In this document: in pieces, positions 28,610-38,192 of the stretch | Position numbering within the stretch: position 1 is the stretch's first letter | How the letters are laid out: each line of letters opens with the position of its first letter | Origin: Bacteroidota bacterium | GTDB taxonomy: Bacteria > Bacteroidota > Ignavibacteria > UBA10030 > SZUA-254 | Direction of reading: 5' to 3' | DNA length: 64,000 nt | Assembly (NCBI GenBank): GCA_049515655.1 | Contig: JBEKTW010000005.1 | Span: forward strand, 22,721 to 86,720 | The notes under the pieces: generated by a model | The model's database searches: none | Seen by the model: only the letters and a program-made list of their open reading frames with translations | What the model was told of the DNA's origin: nothing | Made by a program: the position numbers and the translations under genes

Positions 28610-31600
28610 ATGGAGGAAACGATGAGAAGAATTTTGTTAGTAGTCTTGACGGCAGTAACACTTGCCAGCGCCCAGAAGCGGGTGCTTATATCCTCGAACA
28701 ATGACGTCGTTCCCTTAAAACCTGGGGAGAACGCAGTGCAGGCCTTGCAAAATCTCGCGAAGGAACGAGGGCTGATGAAAATCTCCGAGACCTCGTGTGC
28801 GAACCCGATCGGTTTTGGCTACAGCGTAGATCCTCCGCCACCAACTGGCGCGTGGACATCTTTGCACAAGGATATATTTGGAATATGGTTCCAGGCACCT
28901 TGCGATGGAGTGATAGATACGCTCTATACATGGAACGACGGATGGATGAACTCTGACTCGGCCCTCATCCTTCGGTTAATGGAATCCCGCATTTACAATG
29001 GCAGCGGACCGGGCTATGGGAAATTTGCAGCTTATCTGCCTGGGTATAATTTTGTCGGGGATCCTCCCATGTATATAAACACTCCGCTGTGCTGGGGATA
29101 CTTCACGGATACAAACGACCTGGATGGTCAGGGGTACAACCCGGGTATCGGCGGAGTGACTGCGTTCGCCGATGATGCTACACCGCCTGACTCAACGGCC
29201 TGGGTCTCGACACTGCAAAGACAGTTTCCGGGAGCGCCGACCACATTCTCAGCGATGGGAGATGAAATCTGGGGACTCGGCGGCTACCCGTTCAGACACC
29301 TTAAGGCTGGTGCAATTAACAAATTCAATCTACATCTCATAGGTGCACCCAGCGTTCACGCGGGTCAACCGATTTATATTGCGTTTATTGTCCCCGGCAT
29401 ACATCCCGTTATTGAGGAGGAGGTTCCGACAAGTATTTTCAGGAACGACGTTCCTCCCGACCCTAATGGTTTCTACCATACTCATACATGGAAATTCTAT
29501 GAGCACAATGGCACCTGCGGCATTCCAGGATGGACCGACCGCGGCAGTTTCGAAACATACATTTGGTACTCGATGACGGTAACTGGCGACGTCCCTCCGC
29601 GCCTAATGTACATGACCAACCTTGGAGCCACATTGGGCGGATCACCGCGCGACATCACGGTCAATCTGGAGGACTGCAACTTCGACAATCCTGCCAGCGC
29701 GGGAGTTGCGTGGGCACATCTGGGATATTCCGTCGACGGTGGGCCGTTCGCGATAGTCCCTTTGAACTATGCCGGCGGGACAACATGGAACCGTCAGATC
29801 CCGGCTGTCGCACCGACGACCGGCCGACCGTATTCACGCACCGTCCAGTATTATGTTGCGGCAGCCGATTCCCAGGGATTAGCTATGGATAGCGGCGCTG
29901 TGCATTCGTACAAAGTCGTTTCGTTCGGTAATGAGTTTTATTATCCTGATACGTCGGTCGCCTGCATTCCTCAGATCATCAAGGACACACCGGGCAGTCA
30001 TTATCTCGACACAACGAGCACGCTGGGCAGCAGCCCGCACCCCACCTGGTTCTCGCCTCCGTACCGGGATGCAGCGAAAGCTCCCGGGAACGACGGGACC
30101 GCAGGACCGATCTCGCTCGGCGGACCGTTCATCTACTTTGGAGATACGGTAAATTACGCGTGGATCGGAGTGAACGGCGCGATGGCACTTTCGAAAACTG
30201 CAACGGACACGATCGATGTGAACTCAAACGGATCGTATGCCGACTATGACTTCCCGGATGCAGAGCATCTCGGTCGCGGAGATACGGCGGGCAGAAGCAA
30301 CATACCGAGGAACTTCATAGGGACGTTGTGGTATGACCTCGTCTATGTCGATGACGCTAATGTGCAGTATGGACGCATTTTCACTAAGAGCGACAGCTGC
30401 CGGTTCATCGCAGAATATGATTCCATCGGAGAACTGTATGAACCATGGGCGGCATTCATCCCGAGCAACACGACGTTCCGTACGGTTTTGAATAAATGCG
30501 ATGGGACGATCGAGATGCAGTGGGATAATGTCCAGGAAGCAATCGCACTGGATACTGTTTCGACCGTTGCTTTCGTGGGTGATTCGGGAAGGATCATCCG
30601 TCCCGATTCCTTGCGAACTCAGGTGGGACATAACCCGGGATGGCTGAAGTTCTATCGTGGTTCGAATTACGGTCCGATAAATCTCCGCCCCCGGGACGGT
30701 CGGTGTGTCCGGTTCCGTCCGACCGCGGGTACGGTGGTGGCGGCCGGCTGGAATATGGTGTCGGTGCCAACCCACCCGCCGGGCGACAATTATGGGCGGA
30801 CCTATCTGTACCCGAATGCGACCTCCCCAGCGTTCAGTCATCACGGTTATTATCGTCAAGACACAACGCTGGCACCGGGCGTTGGATACTGGCTGAAGTT
30901 CCCTGCGGCGAATGGGTATGCGACACCAGGCCCGCCTGTGTTCAGCGGAGTCGACAGCGTAAAGATGGATTGGAACATGGTGGGAGCGATCGGGAAACCG
31001 GTTGCGACGGGCGCTGTGGTTCAGGATCCGGCGAACCTTGTATCGTCTAATTACTTCGGTTACAACCACGGGTACTTTATCGCGACATCGCTCGACCCGG
31101 GCAAGGGCTACTGGGTGAAGTCGAGGGGGACGGGTGTGCTGCACCTGGCGGCCAGCTCGATACCGAAGTCGTCTTCGGCACCTGCGGATCTGACGGTGCT
31201 CAACAGGATCACGGTGACCGACGCGGAAAAGAACCAGCAGTCGTTGTACATCGGCAGTGAGAGCGACCTGAAGGCACCCGCGAGCATGTATGAGATGCCT
31301 CCGGTAGCACCGGCAGGGATATTCGATGTGCGATTCTCGTCGCAGCGGATGGTAGAGACGTATCCGGACAAGCTAGAAGGCGGGAAGGTTTACGAGTTCC
31401 CGATGAGTATTCAGACGAATGCGTACCCTGTGACGGTTCAGTGGGATGTAAAGAACACGAACGGTCGGACGCTGACGTTGACGGACGGGCTCGGCGGACG
31501 AATAGTAAACAATGCGGTGTTGACGAGCAGCGGATCGATCCGTATAACGAACGCGAGTGTGAAGTCGTTGGTGCTGAAGCTGGTCGAAGGGCGACCGGTG

Positions 31601-31882
31601 CCCAAGGAATATGCGTTGAGCCAGAACTATCCGAACCCATTCAATCCTACTACGGTTATCCGCTATCAGTTACCGGTAAATAGTGTTGTGACTCTGAAGG
31701 TGTACAATATTCTCGGACAAGAGGTAGCGGGGCTTGTGAATGGAATGGAAGATGCGGGGTTCAAGTCAGTGGAGTTTGACGGGAGGAGTGAAAACGGGAG
31801 CATGCTACCAAGCGGTGTCTATTTTTACAGGATTCAAGCTGCCGGGTTCATTGCCGTCAGGAAGATGCTCCTGCTCCGGTAG
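28610..31882 (+). CDS. large secreted protein with a T9SS C-terminal sorting domain (paralog B)
   Basis: Its N-terminus matches paralog A. About 680 bp (30981-31655) is roughly 93% identical to 27541-28215. Its own CTD is divergent (NPFNPTTVIRYQL...GVYFYRIQAAG). Confidence 0.85.
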   Translation: MEETMRRILLVVLTAVTLASAQKRVLISSNNDVVPLKPGENAVQALQNLAKERGLMKISETSCANPIGFGYSVDPPPPTGAWTSLHKDIFGIWFQAPCDGVIDTLYTWNDGWMNSDSALILRLMESRIYNGSGPGYGKFAAYLPGYNFVGDPPMYINTPLCWGYFTDTNDLDGQGYNPGIGGVTAFADDATPPDSTAWVSTLQRQFPGAPTTFSAMGDEIWGLGGYPFRHLKAGAINKFNLHLIGAPSVHAGQPIYIAFIVPGIHPVIEEEVPTSIFRNDVPPDPNGFYHTHTWKFYEHNGTCGIPGWTDRGSFETYIWYSMTVTGDVPPRLMYMTNLGATLGGSPRDITVNLEDCNFDNPASAGVAWAHLGYSVDGGPFAIVPLNYAGGTTWNRQIPAVAPTTGRPYSRTVQYYVAAADSQGLAMDSGAVHSYKVVSFGNEFYYPDTSVACIPQIIKDTPGSHYLDTTSTLGSSPHPTWFSPPYRDAAKAPGNDGTAGPISLGGPFIYFGDTVNYAWIGVNGAMALSKTATDTIDVNSNGSYADYDFPDAEHLGRGDTAGRSNIPRNFIGTLWYDLVYVDDANVQYGRIFTKSDSCRFIAEYDSIGELYEPWAAFIPSNTTFRTVLNKCDGTIEMQWDNVQEAIALDTVSTVAFVGDSGRIIRPDSLRTQVGHNPGWLKFYRGSNYGPINLRPRDGRCVRFRPTAGTVVAAGWNMVSVPTHPPGDNYGRTYLYPNATSPAFSHHGYYRQDTTLAPGVGYWLKFPAANGYATPGPPVFSGVDSVKMDWNMVGAIGKPVATGAVVQDPANLVSSNYFGYNHGYFIATSLDPGKGYWVKSRGTGVLHLAASSIPKSSSAPADLTVLNRITVTDAEKNQQSLYIGSESDLKAPASMYEMPPVAPAGIFDVRFSSQRMVETYPDKLEGGKVYEFPMSIQTNAYPVTVQWDVKNTNGRTLTLTDGLGGRIVNNAVLTSSGSIRITNASVKSLVLKLVEGRPVPKEYALSQNYPNPFNPTTVIRYQLPVNSVVTLKVYNILGQEVAGLVNGMEDAGFKSVEFDGRSENGSMLPSGVYFYRIQAAGFIAVRKMLLLR

Positions 31883-32022
31883 CCCCGAAAAAGCCCTGGT
31901 AAGCCACATCCCTGCGGTTCGCGGGGCAGAATGTCGGAATTCTGCTCCGGAACCTGCCATTTGCATATTCCCAACAAAATCGTATATTTAGTAAAGTATT
32001 GATTTCAGGGTCAAAACAACCT

Positions 32023-32913
32023 ATGCAGCCAGAAGAAGTCGAAAAACTCGTCCAATCGATCCTCCATGAACAAGGGGCCGGACACTCATGCTGCGCCGAT
32101 GGGAAATGCACCGATGGGCTATGCGTCATCCACAACAAGGAAGGCGTCAAGAACATCGTCCATAACGGAGCATCGCGAGTCTCGGCGGGCATTGGAATTG
32201 AGGCGGCGGGCGGAGTCGAGACGGATCTTGCCCGGATGATCGACCATACCTTGCTGAAACCTGAAGGCACAAAGGACCAAATCATCCAGCTTTGCAACGA
32301 AGCGAAGAAATACAATTTTGCGAGTGTCTGCATCAACCCGTGTTATGTCTCGCTGTGCGCAAAACTTCTCCGGGACACCTCCGTAAAAGTGTGTACGGTC
32401 ATTGGCTTCCCGCTCGGCGCGACCTCGACCGCAACGAAGGCATTTGAAGCGGAACAAGCCCTTCGCGACGGCGCGAAGGAGATTGATATGGTCATCAACA
32501 TCGGCATGCTCAAGTCGCGCGAATACGAATATGTTGAGAACGATATTTTTGCAGTCGTGACGACAGGGCGCCGCTACGGGGCGTTATCCAAGGTCATTCT
32601 CGAAACGGCACTTCTGACCGACGAAGAAAAGGTTAAAGGCTGCATCCTGGCAAAGCGTGCAGGCGCGGATTTTGTCAAGACGTCTACGGGATTTTCCAAG
32701 GGCGGGGCGACGGTGGGCGACATCGCTCTCATGCGGAGGGTTGTCGGAACTTCGATGGGCGTGAAAGCGTCCGGCGGCGTCCGCACGCGTGAGGATGCCC
32801 TCGCGATGGTTGCGAGCGGTGCCGACCGCATCGGCGCAAGCGCCAGCGTCAAGATCGTTGTCGGGAACGGGGACGAGAAAAAGCAGGAACATTCCGCGAC
32901 TCGCGCAAACTAA
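32023..32913 (+). CDS. deoC: deoxyribose-phosphate aldolase (DeoC) with an N-terminal extension
   Basis: The DeoC core MIDHTLLKP...VCINPCYV...GFPLGA...K...VKASGGVR is present. The start is taken as the ATG at 32023 because the ORF-track start at 31999 is a TTG. The first roughly 40 aa, [34 protein letters not shown], are additional. Confidence 0.85.
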   Translation: MQPEEVEKLVQSILHEQGAGHSCCADGKCTDGLCVIHNKEGVKNIVHNGASRVSAGIGIEAAGGVETDLARMIDHTLLKPEGTKDQIIQLCNEAKKYNFASVCINPCYVSLCAKLLRDTSVKVCTVIGFPLGATSTATKAFEAEQALRDGAKEIDMVINIGMLKSREYEYVENDIFAVVTTGRRYGALSKVILETALLTDEEKVKGCILAKRAGADFVKTSTGFSKGGATVGDIALMRRVVGTSMGVKASGGVRTREDALAMVASGADRIGASASVKIVVGNGDEKKQEHSATRAN

Positions 32914-32938
32914 AATCTGATAAGGAGCAAAGGAACCT

Positions 32939-33481
32939 ATGAATTACAGGAATAGTATTGCAATCAGCTTTCTGTTGATTATGACCGTGCTCTTCTTCGG
33001 GTGTTCAACGACAGAGGAGACGGCGGAAAAACCCAATCAGGAAACCCCGCCCCCTGTGGCGCAGCAACAGCCCGTCCAGCCGCCTCCGTCAAGACAAATC
33101 CAGCCCACGAGAACCGATACGGTGAGTATCACGACACAAGTCACGGGTAAGGACACTCTGCAGCAAACGGCGCCGCCAGAGTCCGTTGCCGCAAAGTCGA
33201 CCTCTTTGCAGTCCCCCTCTCCCGCCCCAACAGGGAACTTTGCCGTTCAAATCGGGGCCTTCTCGGTGGCCGACAAAGCCGGCATCATCGCGTCGCTCGC
33301 GAAGGGGAGATTCCAAAAGAACGTTTACACGCTGCAGGCAAAAGACACCGGATTGTACAAAGTCATGGTCGGAGATTTCATGACGAAAGATGAGGCACGG
33401 AAATTCCGCGATCAGATGGCGCAGCAATTCCCGGATGATTACAAGGATGCCTGGGTTGCACCGATCCCCACCGAAAAATAG
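32939..33481 (+). CDS. SPOR-domain lipoprotein
   Basis: Lipobox LFFGCS, a Pro/Gln-rich linker and a C-terminal SPOR domain (FAVQIGAFS...YKVMVGDF). Confidence 0.8.
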   Translation: MNYRNSIAISFLLIMTVLFFGCSTTEETAEKPNQETPPPVAQQQPVQPPPSRQIQPTRTDTVSITTQVTGKDTLQQTAPPESVAAKSTSLQSPSPAPTGNFAVQIGAFSVADKAGIIASLAKGRFQKNVYTLQAKDTGLYKVMVGDFMTKDEARKFRDQMAQQFPDDYKDAWVAPIPTEK

Positions 33482-34034
33482 ACCCGCGTTCTTTTTCGCC
33501 CTTCCGGTGCTGGCAGGATGTCTCTTGCTTGGTTGCAAGGCACCGGAGGAAACCGGACGGCAGGAGCTTCCCCGGGAAACGCTGAAGGATTTCCTCACCC
33601 GGTACGAGAAAACATTCGACCCCACCCAATACGATGTTCAAATTGCCCGCACCGCATCTCTGGCATTTGACGATTCCCTGGGAAAATCGGCAACACTCAC
33701 TGCTTCCAGCGCTCCCCCGGAAACGACGGCGGGATTCCGGGTTCAGGTCCTCACGACGCAGGATATCGACCAGGCGGTGCAGTTGAGGGATACTCTTTCG
33801 GCGGCACTGCAGGATGACTGGGTCTATATTGTTCACGATGCGCCATACTACAAAGTCCGCGTCGGAAACTACACCGACCGCCCTTCAGCGAACAAGACGG
33901 TGAAGACGTTAATCGAAGAAGGATACTCTACGGCGTGGGTGGTCCCGGACCAGGTGCTCAAGAATCCTCCACCCAAACCCCTCGCTCCTCCCGCAAATCA
34001 ACCCGAACATCCGGAACAGCCCCAGCAACGCTGA
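33447..34034 (+). CDS. SPOR-domain lipoprotein (second, tandem)
   Basis: Lipobox LLLGCK and a SPOR domain (FRVQVLTTQD...YYKVRVGNY). The start overlaps the previous gene by 35 nt in a different frame. Confidence 0.65.
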   Translation: MPGLHRSPPKNRPAFFFALPVLAGCLLLGCKAPEETGRQELPRETLKDFLTRYEKTFDPTQYDVQIARTASLAFDDSLGKSATLTASSAPPETTAGFRVQVLTTQDIDQAVQLRDTLSAALQDDWVYIVHDAPYYKVRVGNYTDRPSANKTVKTLIEEGYSTAWVVPDQVLKNPPPKPLAPPANQPEHPEQPQQR

Positions 34035-34040
34035 GCGCCC

Positions 34041-35777
34041 CTACTTGAAGCGGATCGCTATCCCTTCCAGGGGCCATCGGGCACGTACCTTCAGTGTGTC
34101 GTTGTATTGCATGAATCGTTCCGCCGGCTGAAACGGGAACGGTTTCCCGTAGCTATAAACGCCGTTGCTATCGACATCGATGATCGCCGAAAGCACGAAT
34201 TGGCCTTCCGGAAGTTCCTCAAAGGCAAACGGACCGGGTTTTTCCAACGTTCGATACTGCGGCCGGATGTCCCTTGACGAAATTGCCGTCGCCGTCACGA
34301 TGATTCTTCCCTTCGTGATGGTTGAATCGTCGGCGACAGCTCCTTTCATGCTCCCCAATTGACTTTCGTCAATTACTTGAAACTTCATCACCCTCGTGCT
34401 GTCTTTGTACCGGTTCCCGACGAAATCGACGAGAGAATCCAGGACAACTTTTACCGTATACGGCATGCCGAAGGCAAGGCCCGGCAATGGAGCGAATGTG
34501 ACCGCAGTGGAATTTCCCCAGAGAAATTCTCCCGGAACCCGCTTACCGCTCGAATCATAGAGTGCAAATCCGCCTTCAAACGCCCGCCTCTGCACTGCTT
34601 CGTTGAAGTTCATCCGGATTGAATCGTCCCGCTGGATGGCCTTGCTCCCTTCAGAGATGTTCACGAAGGTGAGGATTGGTTTGACAGTATCCGGGGCCGA
34701 TGATCCTGCGAAAACGCCGCTCGCGAGACGCATCGGCATCGCATTCCCGCTGCTATCCCTGAAATTCCGGAGAGTGACGCGATACGCCTTGGTACTCTCC
34801 TGGTCAGCAGTGACAAGTTGCGCGTCGCTCCCCTGGCGCTTTTCTCCAGCCCCGATACCGGCCCGGGCGACAAATGAAAAGTCCATCACACTCAGACCAT
34901 CACCTTTTGCCGTATCGACGATCGAAATATTGTGAAGGTCGATCCCCGAACTGCCCATGGATTTGCTGAAGCGAAGGAGAACATGATTCCGGTCAAGCGG
35001 GCGGGCGCTGGAGAGAAATGGAGGGGTCGTGTCAACGCTCGTCATCCTAAACTGCAGTCCCGAAACGAACGGCCGTTCAGCATTCAGCAAGATGTCGGAG
35101 GAAGTCACGCCGTATTCGTCGGTTTGCGGATCGTACAGGAGATTCTTGTACTCATCGCGAACCGCGATCAAGCGGTACCGTCCGATCTTCAGGTATCTCA
35201 ACATGAACAATCCGTCTTTTCCGGTTTGCGTCAGATAATCGGGCAGTGAGCGCGACGGGCTGAGAGTGTCCTGTGCACGGCCGTCAAGCTGGTAAGCGAA
35301 GATCATGATGCCCTCCGGACTCTGGCTGTAGACTTGTCCGGCCACCGCCCCGGAGTCGATATGATCGCCAGTGGAAAAAGCAAGTGAAAACGCGTCAGCC
35401 ATCCTGTTGTGATTCCGTATATCGACGACGTCCGTTCCGAGGGTGATAATATACGTCGTACTTTCTCTCAACGCACCTGCAAATTGGACCTCGACATCCT
35501 TACCCCCCCAATCGAACGTCAACTCACCCAGGTTTGGGGAACAAAAGATTGCCTCTTCGACCGAACGACGGTCGACGTACTTGCTGAATTCGAACGCAAA
35601 TTTGTGGTCGCGGTACTGCAAGGTCTGATTTACCGGATAGGTGTGAACGACTTGCGGCGGAATCTTGTCGACCGGTCCTCCGGCCGGCGCACCCTGGTGA
35701 GCGCAAAAAAGCCCAACGATAGACAGCAAGAGGGCCGAGGATACCAGAAGAAGAGGACGAATTTTCTTGATGGACAA
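34041..35777 (-). CDS. secreted protein with bacterial Ig-like (SbsA/Big-type) domains
   Basis: 578 aa with a signal peptide, followed by repeated Ig-like domain signatures (VDTTPPFLSSARPLDRNHVLLRFS). Confidence 0.65.
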   Translation of the reverse strand: MSIKKIRPLLLVSSALLLSIVGLFCAHQGAPAGGPVDKIPPQVVHTYPVNQTLQYRDHKFAFEFSKYVDRRSVEEAIFCSPNLGELTFDWGGKDVEVQFAGALRESTTYIITLGTDVVDIRNHNRMADAFSLAFSTGDHIDSGAVAGQVYSQSPEGIMIFAYQLDGRAQDTLSPSRSLPDYLTQTGKDGLFMLRYLKIGRYRLIAVRDEYKNLLYDPQTDEYGVTSSDILLNAERPFVSGLQFRMTSVDTTPPFLSSARPLDRNHVLLRFSKSMGSSGIDLHNISIVDTAKGDGLSVMDFSFVARAGIGAGEKRQGSDAQLVTADQESTKAYRVTLRNFRDSSGNAMPMRLASGVFAGSSAPDTVKPILTFVNISEGSKAIQRDDSIRMNFNEAVQRRAFEGGFALYDSSGKRVPGEFLWGNSTAVTFAPLPGLAFGMPYTVKVVLDSLVDFVGNRYKDSTRVMKFQVIDESQLGSMKGAVADDSTITKGRIIVTATAISSRDIRPQYRTLEKPGPFAFEELPEGQFVLSAIIDVDSNGVYSYGKPFPFQPAERFMQYNDTLKVRARWPLEGIAIRFK

Positions 35778-36042
35778 GGGAACTCTTTTGATGGAAATTT
35801 GTTGTTACGTCTAACACCGCCAATATAGGCAATTCTCTAATAAGAGAAAAGCGGTGTTTCATAGCACCTCCTGGCAATCGCAAGAACGGGCGGATTCAAG
35901 GTTATTGGTGGATACGGATTCTGACCTTGATGATGATACTGTGACCTGATACGTAAGATTCCGCTCAGTCTCTTGCGATTGCCTATTTATCCTCCGAGCG
36001 AACCTCATCTCAGCCGGCGGCGAACACGTCGGGCCTTCGGGA

Positions 36043-37068
36043 TCACATAACCTGCTTTTCCTTTTTCATCGCATCCTGTTCCTCCCTCCATTTTCTGAAT
36101 TGCCGAACCGCGTGCTCATGCTCTGCGTATGTCTTCGAAAACTTATGCCCTCCCTGTCCATTCGCCACAAAGTACAGATATTTATGTCTTTTCGGATACA
36201 AGGCCGCGAGAATCGCAGACTTACCGGGATTGTTAACCGGCCCCGGAGGCAGTCCAACATGACGGTACGTATTATATGCCGACTCGATCTGAAGGTCGCT
36301 TCTCACGAGCCGACGCGGCCCATTCCCGATGATGTACTGAATCGTCGGATCGGCCTGAAGGCGCATCCCTCTCTTGAGTCTATTGTGGTAGACGCCGGAG
36401 ATAAGAACGCGTTCGGAGTCGATGGATGTTTCCCCTTCGATAATCGACGCAAGCGCAAGAACCTGGCTGACCGCCATCCCCAGCGACCTGGCTCTTGCCT
36501 TGAGACTATCGTTAAACGTTTTATGAAACTGGTTCACCATTTCCCGGATGATGCGGTCCTCCTCCGTCTGCCAATCGAATGTGTACGTATTCGGCAAAAG
36601 GTAACCCTCAAGCGAACCGGACCCCTCGCCAAGAGTTCTGATGAACGCCGAATCGCCAACGAGCTTCATGAACAGGCTGGAATCGATACCGAAATCTTTG
36701 GCGAGCAATTTTGCAAGACGGGTTGTTCGCATCCCTTCGGGAATCGTTACCGTGATCATTTCAACCGTCGCCCCGTAGCGGAGGTCGAGCAGGACCTCGT
36801 TATTCGACATTCCACTCCTGAACCTGTATTTGCCGATCTGAATCCTCGTCGTGTATCCACGCAGCCGTCCGGCAAGGCTGAGGAAGAATCGACTTTGAAT
36901 CACACCAGCTTTCTGAAGCGAGTCGATGACTTGAGAAAACGTTTCTCCTTTTGAGACAATCACGAACCGGTCTCCCGGAAAGGAATGGGGAGCCCAGAAC
37001 GTCTCATACAGAAGGCAGCCGACCACGAGCAACAGGATGTCGGCAATTATGAGGAGTCTTCGTTTCAC
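36043..37068 (-). CDS. mltG: endolytic murein transglycosylase MltG (YceG family)
   Basis: 341 aa with an N-terminal TM segment and a YceG-like core (ITVTIPEGMRTTRLAKLLAKDFGI). Confidence 0.85.
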   Translation of the reverse strand: MKRRLLIIADILLLVVGCLLYETFWAPHSFPGDRFVIVSKGETFSQVIDSLQKAGVIQSRFFLSLAGRLRGYTTRIQIGKYRFRSGMSNNEVLLDLRYGATVEMITVTIPEGMRTTRLAKLLAKDFGIDSSLFMKLVGDSAFIRTLGEGSGSLEGYLLPNTYTFDWQTEEDRIIREMVNQFHKTFNDSLKARARSLGMAVSQVLALASIIEGETSIDSERVLISGVYHNRLKRGMRLQADPTIQYIIGNGPRRLVRSDLQIESAYNTYRHVGLPPGPVNNPGKSAILAALYPKRHKYLYFVANGQGGHKFSKTYAEHEHAVRQFRKWREEQDAMKKEKQVM

Positions 37069-37077
37069 AGTTGCCCC

Positions 37078-38097
37078 TTATAAGGAAAGGTTTGCCGCGG
37101 CATTCAAATCGAAACCGGATGTTGTTCCGCTTTCAAGTTTCATCGACCCGACGAGGGCAACCATTGCCCCGTTGTCGGTACAATACTCAGGCCGCGGGAT
37201 ATACAATCGGAAGTTCCTTTCGGCGGCGTGCAGCTCCATCGTCCGGCGGAGGGCCGAGTTCGCCGAAACTCCTCCCGCGACGGCGACATCGTCCACGCAA
37301 AATTTCTCCACCGCTCTCATCGTTTTGCCCGCCAACACGTCGACCATGGATGCCTGAAAACTGGCACAGAGGTCGGCTCGCAGCTGATGGTCGATCGCGA
37401 GCGGGTCGCCGCCGTTCAGCAAGTGTCCATGGTCCCGAAGCCAGTAGAGCACGGATGTCTTGATGCCGCTAAAGCTAAAATCAAAATTGTCTTCATGAAG
37501 AAAGGAGCGCGGGAATTTCACAAATCGGGGGTTTCCCTCTTGTGCAAACTTGTCGACCATGGGCCCCCCGGGGAACCCAAGTCCAAGCATCTTGGCAACC
37601 TTATCGTACGCCTCCCCCGCCGCGTCATCAAGCGTCTCACCGAGAACCTCGTATCGGAAGGGCTTGTAGACGAGGACCAGCAGCGTATGCCCCCCGGAAA
37701 CGATAAGACAGAGGAAAGGAAACCTCGGCTTCGGTTCTTCAAGGAGGTTTGAATACAAATGTCCCTCCAGGTGATTGACACCGATGAAGGGGATTCCCAG
37801 ACCGTAGGCGAGCGCTTTGCCAAAATTGAGTCCGACCAGGAGCGCCCCGACCAACCCTGGACCGTACGTCACGGCGACACCGTCGAGCCGCTCCCTGCCG
37901 ATTCCGGCAGTCCGCAGGGCTTCGTCGACGATCGATACCACAAACCTCTGATGTGCGCGAGACGCGAGTTCGGGGACGACGCCACCGTATTCTCTATGAA
38001 CGAGCTGAGACGAGATAATATTTGAACGGACAACCCCATCGGCAAGTACAGACGCCGACGTCTCATCGCAGGATGTTTCAATACCAAGGATAGTCAT
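37078..38097 (-). CDS. tsaD: tRNA N6-adenosine threonylcarbamoyltransferase TsaD
   Basis: MTILGIETSCDETSASV... matches the Kae1/TsaD N-terminus. 339 aa. Confidence 0.9.
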   Translation of the reverse strand: MTILGIETSCDETSASVLADGVVRSNIISSQLVHREYGGVVPELASRAHQRFVVSIVDEALRTAGIGRERLDGVAVTYGPGLVGALLVGLNFGKALAYGLGIPFIGVNHLEGHLYSNLLEEPKPRFPFLCLIVSGGHTLLVLVYKPFRYEVLGETLDDAAGEAYDKVAKMLGLGFPGGPMVDKFAQEGNPRFVKFPRSFLHEDNFDFSFSGIKTSVLYWLRDHGHLLNGGDPLAIDHQLRADLCASFQASMVDVLAGKTMRAVEKFCVDDVAVAGGVSANSALRRTMELHAAERNFRLYIPRPEYCTDNGAMVALVGSMKLESGTTSGFDLNAAANLSL

Positions 38098-38117
38098 TGT
38101 CTTGTAATTTAACGAAA

Positions 38118-38165
38118 AACCCGTTTGATTTGCAAACCTTGCGAATTTTTTCTATTTTTGTAGTT
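38118..38165 (+). promoter_or_regulatory. candidate Bacteroidetes-type promoter (-33 TTTG / -7 TAnnTTTG-like) upstream of the efflux operon
   Basis: In ...gatTTTGcaaaccttgcgaatttttcTAttTTTGtag... the spacing from TTTG to the TA is about 19 nt. Seen by eye only. Confidence 0.25.
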
Positions 38166-38192
38166 CATAGTTGCCTCATTTTGAAATAATTC

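Noticed and set aside
38128-38141. The 14-mer gcaaaccttgcgaa is shared between the efflux-operon upstream region and the GH13 upstream region (55362-55375), which could indicate a common operator
   Set aside because: Several exact 14-mer coincidences are expected by chance in 64 kb. The surrounding sequence shows no further similarity.
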